Origin: Candidatus Saccharimonadales bacterium
GTDB taxonomy: Bacteria > Patescibacteriota > Microgenomatia > Woykebacterales > RBG-16-39-9b
Length of the DNA: 59,520 nucleotides
Reading direction: 5' to 3'
Assembly: GCA_035480955.1 (NCBI GenBank)
Contig: DATIHF010000071.1
Coordinates: 1-59,520 of the forward strand
Positions 36,623-44,259 of the stretch are shown here, one piece after another (within the stretch, counting starts at the first letter, position 1; every line of letters starts with the position of its first letter). The translations under genes and the position numbers were made by a program. Under the pieces are notes generated by a model. That model ran no database searches. It was not told the origin of the DNA and saw nothing but the letters and a program-made list of their open reading frames with translations.

Positions 36623-37726
36623 ATGTTTCTAGAAAAGCTGCAACTCCTAAACTTTCGAAACCTCGCCAACCAAAAACTAGAATTCAAAAATTCCATTAAT
36701 GTAATCTATGGGGACAACGCCCAAGGAAAAACTAATCTGATCGAAGCAATTTACCTTCTTTCTGGGAGCCGCTCAATGAGAGCTAAAACAGACCACGAAC
36801 TAATTGCTTGGGGCAAAGAGAAAGCAAAAATCTCTGGTAAAGCTGACTTTTTGGATCTTGAACTCACTGTCTTCCCAAATCAGAAGAAACTCTTGATCAA
36901 TAAACAAGAAAAAAGACTAACTGATCTGATCGGTACCTTTCTAACCGTACTTTTCACGCCCGCTGAGGTTGAGATTGCTTCTGGATCGCCGGACCGGCGA
37001 CGCCGCTTTTTGGATCAGTTTGCCGCCAATCTTTCGCGAGAGTACTTAGTCTCTTTGGGCAAGTATCAAAAAGTTCTCCGCGCGCGCAATGGCCTCCTCT
37101 GGCAAATTAAAAACGGACGAGCGCATGACCTGAGCGTTTGGGATGAACAGTTGGCTACTCTTGCGGTTGAGATTTGGAAAAAAAGAGTCTCGTTAATTGA
37201 AGAGCTCAATACCGAGATAAAAACCGTGAGCCGAAAACTCCTCAGTGGGGATCTCAAGCTCTTTTACGAGCCGCCAATTGCAGTTGGTTCTACTAAAAAT
37301 ATGAGAGAGGAGTTTTTAAGACTGCTTCAAAAGAGCTCTTCTGAAGAAATAAGGAAAGCGCTCACCCAAATTGGTCCGCAAAGGGACGACTTTAAAATTA
37401 TTTTGGATTTAGAAAAAAACGACAAAATTGTTTCTAAAGACTTAGGGATCTACGGGTCACGCGGGGAGCAGCGCTCTGCGGTGATTTGCCTTAAGCTCGC
37501 GGAAATTGAGCTGCTCACCGCTGCGAAAGAAACTAGACCAACGCTTTTGCTCGACGAAGTGTTAGGCGAGCTAGATCCCAAACATCAGCAACTCTTAGTG
37601 CGCCAGATTCGTAAAGGTCAGGCTTTTTTAACTAGTGCCAACTACACTGAATTAAAAAAAATATTAGGAACCGGCTATAAAAGTTTTGAAGTGAAAGACG
37701 GAGCAATTACCCCGGTGGCTGACTAG
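36623..37726 (+). CDS. recF: DNA replication/repair protein RecF
   Basis: GDNAQGKTNLIEA (Walker A), LLLDEV (Walker B), SGGEQ-like RGEQRS. Confidence 0.9.
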   Translation: MFLEKLQLLNFRNLANQKLEFKNSINVIYGDNAQGKTNLIEAIYLLSGSRSMRAKTDHELIAWGKEKAKISGKADFLDLELTVFPNQKKLLINKQEKRLTDLIGTFLTVLFTPAEVEIASGSPDRRRRFLDQFAANLSREYLVSLGKYQKVLRARNGLLWQIKNGRAHDLSVWDEQLATLAVEIWKKRVSLIEELNTEIKTVSRKLLSGDLKLFYEPPIAVGSTKNMREEFLRLLQKSSSEEIRKALTQIGPQRDDFKIILDLEKNDKIVSKDLGIYGSRGEQRSAVICLKLAEIELLTAAKETRPTLLLDEVLGELDPKHQQLLVRQIRKGQAFLTSANYTELKKILGTGYKSFEVKDGAITPVAD

Positions 37727-39593
37727 GGGGCTGGCCCTCCGGTGGGTTCTGTGGTTCAGGGTTTTGTACCGGTTCGGGTGGTTCTTGTTGTGGTTGCTGC
37801 TGTTGCTGGGAGTTTAGCTCAGCTGGATTAGAGGTGATCAGCACATGTTCATGAGGGGCGGCCTGAACTCTGATTGCCACGTGGTTGCTGCCGGCAAAGA
37901 AAAGCCCCTCCCCAATATCCGCCGCTAACAGGAGATTTCTTTCCCCTTCCGACAAATAAAAAGTATCAACAATCTGATCCACACTGGCCGAGGACTGCTT
38001 GAGCAGAATTTGGATAGAGGAATTGGTCACGATCGCTTTACCGTAATCAGATACCAGGAAATCCTCTACGTCTTGGGTTACGGTAGTTAAACCCAGATAA
38101 TATTTCCGCGCCCTTTTTGCAATTGAGTAAACAAAAGAAGCACTGTCAGGGTGTTTCATCATATACCAAGCCTCGTCGATGATCAGAAGCCTTTTCTTGC
38201 GGTCCTTTTTAATTTTGGTCCAGATGTAATCAAGAATGATAAACATCCCGATTGGTCGTAGCTCATCTTCCAAATCACGAATAGAAAAAACTGTGAAAGT
38301 GTTTTTAATATCAATGCTTGAGGACTGATCAAAGATTCCCGCTAGTGAGCCTTTAATAAACTTCTCAATTCTCTCAGCCATGGTTCGAGCTTCTGGCTCT
38401 GCGCTGTTGAGCAAGACTTCGTAAAGATCTTCGAGCACTGGAGCAGGACGGTTTTGGGTCGCCGCGTCCGGAGTGATGCCCTTGAGTTTATAAGTGGTGA
38501 TGAGTGCGCGATCGAGTATCGCGTCTTCAGTGGCAGTTAAGTTGCCCAGAATAATTCTGAAGAGAGAGTGTAGGGAAAGAATTTTCAAGCCCAACTCGTT
38601 TTCCCCTTCAGTGTAGACACCAGAGAGATCAAAAGGGTTGATCTTGGAGCTCTCCTGACCAGAGAATTTAATGTACTCTCCTCCGATTGCGTCACAAAGA
38701 GTCTTATACTCATCTTCTGGGTCAATAATAATTATTTCTGTGCCAAGCATCAGAGAGCGCAAGGCTTCCAATTTGGTCATGTAACTTTTTCCCGCCCCGC
38801 TTTTTGCAAAAATCACACTGTTAGCGTTTTCTAGGCTGAAACGATCAAAGATGACGAGGGAGCCGTTGTGCTCGTTAATTCCGTAGAGAATCCCTTCATT
38901 GGCAGTCAGCTCTGAAGAAGTAAAAGGAAAAGTAGTTGCCAGAGAAGTGGTGTCCATGTTGCGGGTGACCAAAAGCTTATCGGTGAAAGTTGGCAGAGTC
39001 GTCTGAAAACCCATTTCCTGCTGCAGAGTAGCGTGTTTGGAGATGATCAAGAGAGAGCCAAGAGTCGACTCAATCTGTTTAGTGATAGCGTTGAGCTCTT
39101 CCAGACTTTCGGCGGGGATGGTGATATAGAAAGAAAATTGGAAAAACCTTTCGATTCCGGCGACGAGCTGCTCTTGCAAAGACTGCGCGTCCTCGAGAGC
39201 GATTCGTACGGCTGGGTCGATCACCCGCCCTTTTTCAAAGTCACCTTGAACAGTTGCCTCCATCTCGGCAATCTTCCGGCGCAAATCATCCAAAATACCC
39301 TTGGCCTCTACGGGGTAATAGTAAAAAGAAATCTCTAAGGTGTGGTCAAAGTTGATGATCGGGGCGAGCCAGTTGGCACCAACAAAACGGGGGTAGCCAC
39401 TAATAAACAAAGTCCGGTAGTAAGTCTCACCAACTCTGATGTGATCAAAATCTACCTGCAAAGCAGGGGGAGCGATAATGTCTTTTACATCAAACATTCC
39501 TCGCCCAAGAGTATTTTTAACTTTTTCACGAGTTTGGGCCAGCTCAAGATCTTCTTTAGTAGGCTGCTTTTTCTTGCCGCCGAACAAGGCCAT
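37707..39593 (-). CDS. VirB4/TrsE-family T4SS ATPase (C-terminal two-thirds)
   Basis: FAKSGAGKSY (Walker A), RLLIIDEAW (Walker B), YYRTLFISGYP block, Gln/Pro-rich tail. ATG at 39593 in a TGATG overlap with the upstream ORF (track TTG at 39596). Confidence 0.8.
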   Translation of the reverse strand: MALFGGKKKQPTKEDLELAQTREKVKNTLGRGMFDVKDIIAPPALQVDFDHIRVGETYYRTLFISGYPRFVGANWLAPIINFDHTLEISFYYYPVEAKGILDDLRRKIAEMEATVQGDFEKGRVIDPAVRIALEDAQSLQEQLVAGIERFFQFSFYITIPAESLEELNAITKQIESTLGSLLIISKHATLQQEMGFQTTLPTFTDKLLVTRNMDTTSLATTFPFTSSELTANEGILYGINEHNGSLVIFDRFSLENANSVIFAKSGAGKSYMTKLEALRSLMLGTEIIIIDPEDEYKTLCDAIGGEYIKFSGQESSKINPFDLSGVYTEGENELGLKILSLHSLFRIILGNLTATEDAILDRALITTYKLKGITPDAATQNRPAPVLEDLYEVLLNSAEPEARTMAERIEKFIKGSLAGIFDQSSSIDIKNTFTVFSIRDLEDELRPIGMFIILDYIWTKIKKDRKKRLLIIDEAWYMMKHPDSASFVYSIAKRARKYYLGLTTVTQDVEDFLVSDYGKAIVTNSSIQILLKQSSASVDQIVDTFYLSEGERNLLLAADIGEGLFFAGSNHVAIRVQAAPHEHVLITSNPAELNSQQQQQPQQEPPEPVQNPEPQNPPEGQPPSQPPG

Positions 39594-40321
39594 CAACTAC
39601 CTTGCCTTTCTTCCTGAGGAGGTGGGGTGCTATTGCCCGTTGAGGGCTGAAGTGCTGGCTCAACTATTGGAGTAGTGTACTCGGTCGTGTTGAGAGCCGC
39701 CTTCTGCTCCAAGGAAACATCAGGGTTGTAGAGATCGTAGAAAAACTCAACTAGCTCTTCAGTGGACAGCAAGTGGGCTTTAACACCTATCCTGGAGACT
39801 TGTTTGGTGAGGTGATCGACCTTTGGTCCTAGATTGGTCTTGGCTTTTTCAAGAATATGCCATTTGTCCTCGACGGGACCTTTTTTCACAAACAAACTTG
39901 GAATCGTTAAGGCCTGCTGCAGAGTCGTCCCTGCAAAAGGAATAACAATATAGAAGCGCTTGTCCAAAATTTGGTTTTGTGAGACAAGCTGTTGGATAAA
40001 ACCAGCGTATAAGCTGATTTGACGAGCAATCTGTTGGTTGGGTGTTTTTTGTTGCGCTTCGGCGAGCCGGCCTAAATAGTTGGAAATATCCATTTTTTTA
40101 GAACGTACCAAAACCTGGATTGGATAGGTCAGAGAGTTGAGCAGAGCCGCGTAAGCAAAAATCATCGCGTCTTGCTCTCTTTCCGAAAGCAGATCAAAGT
40201 TCACTGCTGAAGTTTGTAAGATGGCGATCGCATTACCGTTTTTTAGAATTACAATATTATCGCGGATATCTTCAACGTCTAGGTGTTGTTGGGTTGAGGG
40301 TAGTGGTTTTTTGGCAGCCAT
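39593..40321 (-). CDS. T4SS-associated protein resembling the N-terminal segment of Gram-positive VirB4 homologues
   Basis: The block ILQTSAVNFDLLSEREQDAMIFAYAALLNSLTYPIQVLV resembles, from memory, the 'inf.L.s..eq..i...y..fLN' block at the N-terminus of Tn916 Orf16-type VirB4 proteins. Confidence 0.45.
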   Translation of the reverse strand: MAAKKPLPSTQQHLDVEDIRDNIVILKNGNAIAILQTSAVNFDLLSEREQDAMIFAYAALLNSLTYPIQVLVRSKKMDISNYLGRLAEAQQKTPNQQIARQISLYAGFIQQLVSQNQILDKRFYIVIPFAGTTLQQALTIPSLFVKKGPVEDKWHILEKAKTNLGPKVDHLTKQVSRIGVKAHLLSTEELVEFFYDLYNPDVSLEQKAALNTTEYTTPIVEPALQPSTGNSTPPPQEERQGS

Positions 40322-40340
40322 TTTTGTTTGGAAAGCTCTC

Positions 40341-43052
40341 CTAGCGAGCCTTAATTTCGACCGGAGGCATAATGGCTCCGGTAACGTCGATCTCTATAAT
40401 ATCAAAATCGTAACCGTCTTTCTCAAGCTCTAATGTGTAAACTCCGTCAGGAACCGGCGTCGAGAGAGCAAATTGCCCAATCTTGTTAGTCTTGAAGGCC
40501 CTCACTGGGTTACCGTCGTTGTCCTTAACAATTATAACTACGGTGTCTAAGAGCAGACCTCGATTGTCTTTAACGATACCATTAATCACATTAGGGATTT
40601 TGGGAGTATTGGGAAGCATTTTTCCGTAAGCTGGTTGAGCTTTGACCACTGGTCGAGAACGCTCCTCAAGTTTTTTTGCCTCCCTCTCCCTCTCTAAAGC
40701 TTTAATCTCCGCGATTATTCTAGCTTTTTCCTCTGGTGTTTTCTGAACCTTTTCTTGTTGTTTTAATACTTCAACCTGAGGATTGACCACACCAGTAGCA
40801 ATAGGTTGTGGTTGTGCTGGAGGTGAGGTTGGAGCGGCTGTTGCAGGTGGTTTCTCACCAAGTCTAGAAAGCATTGATTGAAGCTCTAAGTTGACTTTGC
40901 GGCGGCTGGCAGTAGCCTCAATTTCATTATACTGGCGGGAAATACTGGTTTGCTGCTCCAGATTTTGAAGTTTTTGCATCATGGCGCTTCGTTCCTCACC
41001 CGAGAGTTGATCAAGTTCTTTGTTACCCACCGTGGTTAACGAGGATTTCAGCTGGGTCATTTTGGTTTTGAGAGATTCGTCCGTGACATCAGCTTCCGCT
41101 GGTTCTTTCTGCTCTACCTTTTGCTCTGCCGCCTCAGCTTGCTCCTTGGCTTTCTTTGCGGCTTCCTCTTTAGCCTTAATCACTGATTCTTTGACCGCCT
41201 CTTCTCGGGCCGCTGTCTCGAGGATTTGTCTCTCGATATCATTTTGACCACTAACCGTTGCCGCAGTCGCTACCGTTGGGAGATTTTCCTTTGGCTTGGC
41301 AGTTGTCGAAACCGGAATCGCGGTAATATTTAAAGCTGCTTCTGGGTTACCGGGTAAGACCTTAGGTTGTCCAACCACAATATTAGCGGGAACCTCTTTA
41401 GTCACACCCTTTTCTATCCCCTGATTAGAAGAAGTCAAATTCACACTCGCAGAAGCAGAACCTTGTTTGGCCAGTGCTTCCGAGACTAGTTTTTCAATCA
41501 TTCCTGAGTCTATCTCAGAAGTCTTTTTGTCTACTTCCAACCGAGCCTTTTCTTTGGCAACTTCCGCTTCGACGATTTTTTTGACTGCTTCTTGATCTAG
41601 AGATTGAGGCTGGGCTTTGAGGGCCTCGTTGGCAGCTTGTTTCAATTGCTCAGGATTTGGAGGCAAGGTTTTTTCTTTAATAACTTCCGTTTTCTCAACC
41701 ACCGGAGCAGGATTGGTCACCGACGTGTTCCAGGTCGGGCCAGCGCTTGAAGTAGCCGCAGTAGAGCTTACTTGTGGTTGAGTTTGTGTTGGAGCTGTGG
41801 TTGCTGTCGGAAGCGGTTGAGAGATAGGTAGCTTTGGTTCTGCTGGTTTGGCAATCTCGGCTGGTTTGGGAGCAGCCTCAAACTTAATTTCCAGCTCTTT
41901 GGGTTTGTGATGAAGTTTTTCGTGGCGGGCCCGGTGGCCTTCCAAACCTTCCACCTTATCCCCTAACCAATCAGTTTTCTGTTTCAAGTATTTCAAAGCA
42001 ATTGTGTGGCTGTTGACTAGATCAGTTAGCGAGCCCCTCCAGGTTTGAACCGCCTCCATGACTTTCTGATCGTAGTCAAGCTGTTCTGAGAGAGCCGTTA
42101 GGGATTTCTGATTTCGCTCCTTCTCCAGCTGCAGAAAAGTTTGGTCCAGGTGAGAAACCTCTTTAGTCAAAGTTTCGATTTCTTGCTCTAATTTAGTGAT
42201 ATGGCTGGCAAACTCTTCTTTGGGTGGCTCTTTTGGTGCTTCCTTAACTTTTTGTACCACAACAGGCTCAGGTATCACTGTTTTAGGCACGCTAGCCACC
42301 TCTGGTCTCACCTCCACAGGCTTGGGTGTCTGGGCTTGGGGCAGTGCGGCTGGGCTCACTTGGGGGAGCGGGGCTGGCCTCACTGGAGCTAGTACAGGTT
42401 GGATCATTGGTTGAACAACTGGGGCAACAGGCTGCGGAGGTGTTTGAAGCTGAACCTGTGGCAACGGGACCTTCTTGATGCCGCCAGGAGCTTTGGCAGG
42501 CTCGGCAGGGAGGTTTTTCTGCTTAGTGATCTCGGAAGCGATTTTCTGCTTTAGTTGTGAAAAAAGTTCTTGATTGATCTGTTCGATTTGCTTGCGAAGC
42601 TCCTCTGAACGATACTTTGCTTGTTCAGGAGTAAGCTGGACTACTTCTGGTTTTTTGATGGCTGGTTGAGTTTGGGGAGCTCTTTTTGTCTCCGTCAGGC
42701 TCTGTACTTGCGGAGTAGTGGGAGAGTTTACTTTCGTGCGTATTTGTTCGTGAAGGCTGCTACCGAGTTGAATGACCCTTTCACCTCGGATTGAAATCTG
42801 ACCATTTTGACCCAAAGCAGAAGTAGAGACCGCGCGGTTTTGAGTGTTTTTGACAGGACGAACGTAAAGGTTGGAGCCTCCGGAGGCTAGAGTTGCCGCG
42901 GGTTTGAAGCTGACTTCTGAGGCCAAAGTAGCTTGGGAGGAAGCTTTGTGCAACACTGAGCGTGGTTTTTCCGCTGGCAAGTATCGGCTGCTCTCTGGTG
43001 CTTGGTTAACCTTGCTTCTTAAAGTTGCATTAACCCCAGTCTGTGAATTCAT
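40341..43052 (-). CDS. Large Pro/Gln/Lys-rich coiled-coil protein (903 aa) with a C-terminal CarboxypepD_reg-like beta-sandwich
   Basis: Long low-complexity PxP and EK-rich stretches. C-terminus GIVKDNRGLLLDTVVIIVKDNDGNPV...GVYTLELEKDGYDF. Confidence 0.55.
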   Translation of the reverse strand: MNSQTGVNATLRSKVNQAPESSRYLPAEKPRSVLHKASSQATLASEVSFKPAATLASGGSNLYVRPVKNTQNRAVSTSALGQNGQISIRGERVIQLGSSLHEQIRTKVNSPTTPQVQSLTETKRAPQTQPAIKKPEVVQLTPEQAKYRSEELRKQIEQINQELFSQLKQKIASEITKQKNLPAEPAKAPGGIKKVPLPQVQLQTPPQPVAPVVQPMIQPVLAPVRPAPLPQVSPAALPQAQTPKPVEVRPEVASVPKTVIPEPVVVQKVKEAPKEPPKEEFASHITKLEQEIETLTKEVSHLDQTFLQLEKERNQKSLTALSEQLDYDQKVMEAVQTWRGSLTDLVNSHTIALKYLKQKTDWLGDKVEGLEGHRARHEKLHHKPKELEIKFEAAPKPAEIAKPAEPKLPISQPLPTATTAPTQTQPQVSSTAATSSAGPTWNTSVTNPAPVVEKTEVIKEKTLPPNPEQLKQAANEALKAQPQSLDQEAVKKIVEAEVAKEKARLEVDKKTSEIDSGMIEKLVSEALAKQGSASASVNLTSSNQGIEKGVTKEVPANIVVGQPKVLPGNPEAALNITAIPVSTTAKPKENLPTVATAATVSGQNDIERQILETAAREEAVKESVIKAKEEAAKKAKEQAEAAEQKVEQKEPAEADVTDESLKTKMTQLKSSLTTVGNKELDQLSGEERSAMMQKLQNLEQQTSISRQYNEIEATASRRKVNLELQSMLSRLGEKPPATAAPTSPPAQPQPIATGVVNPQVEVLKQQEKVQKTPEEKARIIAEIKALEREREAKKLEERSRPVVKAQPAYGKMLPNTPKIPNVINGIVKDNRGLLLDTVVIIVKDNDGNPVRAFKTNKIGQFALSTPVPDGVYTLELEKDGYDFDIIEIDVTGAIMPPVEIKAR

Positions 43053-43669
43053 CCGCTACCCTCCCCGGCGGAACGGTTTTTCGCACTATCGACGACCTCG
43101 GCCATTCTCTGGAAACCTACAGTAGCAGGATTAAACTCTCCTTCTTTAGGTTGTAGGCTTGGAGCGGCAAAAACCTGGCTTTCGCTAGTGGCTGAGTTGA
43201 GGTTGAGGTTAGTCAGACGCCTTTCCTCGTTGATATCAAGAATACTTTTGGAAGCACCCTTGCGGTGGGTCTGCAAATAAAGCTTCAACTTACTGGGATC
43301 AGAGTAAATTTTGGGTTCCACGGCTGTCGCTTGGCGGTGCAGGTAAATCGAGAATTGAGGCTCCAAAAAGCCAATCTCTTTAGGCTCGTGGTGCCACACC
43401 CGTGTGTTCGGAGAGTAAACCGTCTTGAAAAAAGCCGCAATCCAGCGTTCAAAAGGCATATTGTTAAAACTAACAAAAGCTAAAGCGATCGCAAAGAGTC
43501 CTACTGGACCACCCACGAGCAAAACAATAGGAAAAGGTAATTTTGAAGAATAAAGAATAAAAATAAAGATCGCGGCGGCGGCTAAGTAGCCAAATTGCCG
43601 AAGGGTCAAGAAACCAATTAATTTGAACTCAAATCCAGTAATATTTTGTGGAACAGGATGGCTTTGCAT
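43049..43669 (-). CDS. PrgI/VirB3-like two-TM T4SS protein
   Basis: MQSHPVPQNITGFEFKLIGFLTLRQFGYL followed by 2 TM. Internal ATG at 43669 preferred. 4-nt overlap with the next gene. Confidence 0.5.
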   Translation of the reverse strand: MQSHPVPQNITGFEFKLIGFLTLRQFGYLAAAAIFIFILYSSKLPFPIVLLVGGPVGLFAIALAFVSFNNMPFERWIAAFFKTVYSPNTRVWHHEPKEIGFLEPQFSIYLHRQATAVEPKIYSDPSKLKLYLQTHRKGASKSILDINEERRLTNLNLNSATSESQVFAAPSLQPKEGEFNPATVGFQRMAEVVDSAKNRSAGEGSG

Positions 43670-43799
43670 AGATAGACTTTTTGGCTTTCTTTTGTGTGCA
43701 CTAATTATGCCTAAACTGTAGCTAAAAAACAACCCGTAACAAAGTGGATCAATTACCCTCTGATAAACCACTCACTGAAAGTAAATGATAGTTATAGGG

Positions 43800-43828
43800 T
43801 TGACACTAGCTTTGTTTTGTGCTAAAAT
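43800..43828 (+). promoter_or_regulatory. Extended -10 promoter (TTGACA-17-TGC-TAAAAT) heading cassette D
   Basis: gggTTGACActagctttgttttgtgcTAAAATcgc. It shares TTTTGTGCTAA with the cassette B promoter. Confidence 0.6.
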
Positions 43829-43856
43829 CGCTCAACAATTTTAAGGAGCAGTTTTT

Positions 43857-43916
43857 GTGGATAAATTGATTATTAAACTCATTAAGAAGAAGACCTCAGG
43901 AGGAATCCCGATTTAA
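43857..43916 (+). CDS. Candidate leader micro-ORF, 19 aa (MDKLIIKLIKKKTSGGIPI)
   Basis: AAGGAG with an 8-nt spacer, then GTG. The stop lies in the loop of the first leader hairpin. Confidence 0.3.
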   Translation: MDKLIIKLIKKKTSGGIPI

Positions 43917-43987
43917 ATCGGGAGGCCCAGCGAAAGCTTGGGCAGCAGGCTTCTGAGGACATTATGTCACCGGAAGCCTGTTTTTTT
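43894..43987 (+). terminator. Leader structure: three-way junction followed by an intrinsic terminator
   Basis: P1 CCTCAG (43894-99) / CTGAGG (43953-58). Hairpins TCCCGAT-ttaa-ATCGGGA (43906-23) and GCCCAGC-GAAA-GCtTGGGC (43925-43). Terminator CAGGCTTC (43946-53) / GAAGCCTG (43973-80) plus T7 (43981-87). Confidence 0.55.
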
Positions 43988-44259
43988 GTGAGTAAAAGGT
44001 ACTTTTACAAGTTAATAGCTTGTTTTGAAAGGAAAGAAACTCCTTGAGTCTCGTCTTGGGGTATTTGGGTTGAAGAAAATTCAGCCTAGCTACCCCTTGA
44101 TGAGATTGCATATTGCATTTCATCTGAGGGGTTAATCGTGCAACCATCTCCCGTGCGCTCGCTTTGCGTGCTGCTGGGAAGGTGTTTTACGGTAACCGTT
44201 TCGGGTGGTGCAAATGCACCTTAAGTCTGACGACTTTGGATCGTCAAGGAGGATCAGTT

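Noticed and set aside
43885-43987. Assignment of the cassette D leader junction to a known riboswitch class (TPP, ZTP, c-di-GMP, guanidine, fluoride, SAM and others)
   Set aside because: None of the conserved cores I remember match. It is kept only as an unclassified leader structure.
44211-44227. A CTTAAG-type leader module upstream of the giant ORF
   Set aside because: On re-reading, the sequence is CCTTTAAG, not CTTAAG, and the flanks do not align with the cassette C modules.
44164-44259. Track start codon of the giant ORF at 44164, and ORF 43962..44147(-)
   Set aside because: There is no RBS at 44164, and the N-terminal 32 residues would overlap leader hairpins. The ATG at 44260 has AAGGAGG. 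The 61-aa minus-strand ORF lies within the leader and has no translation signals.
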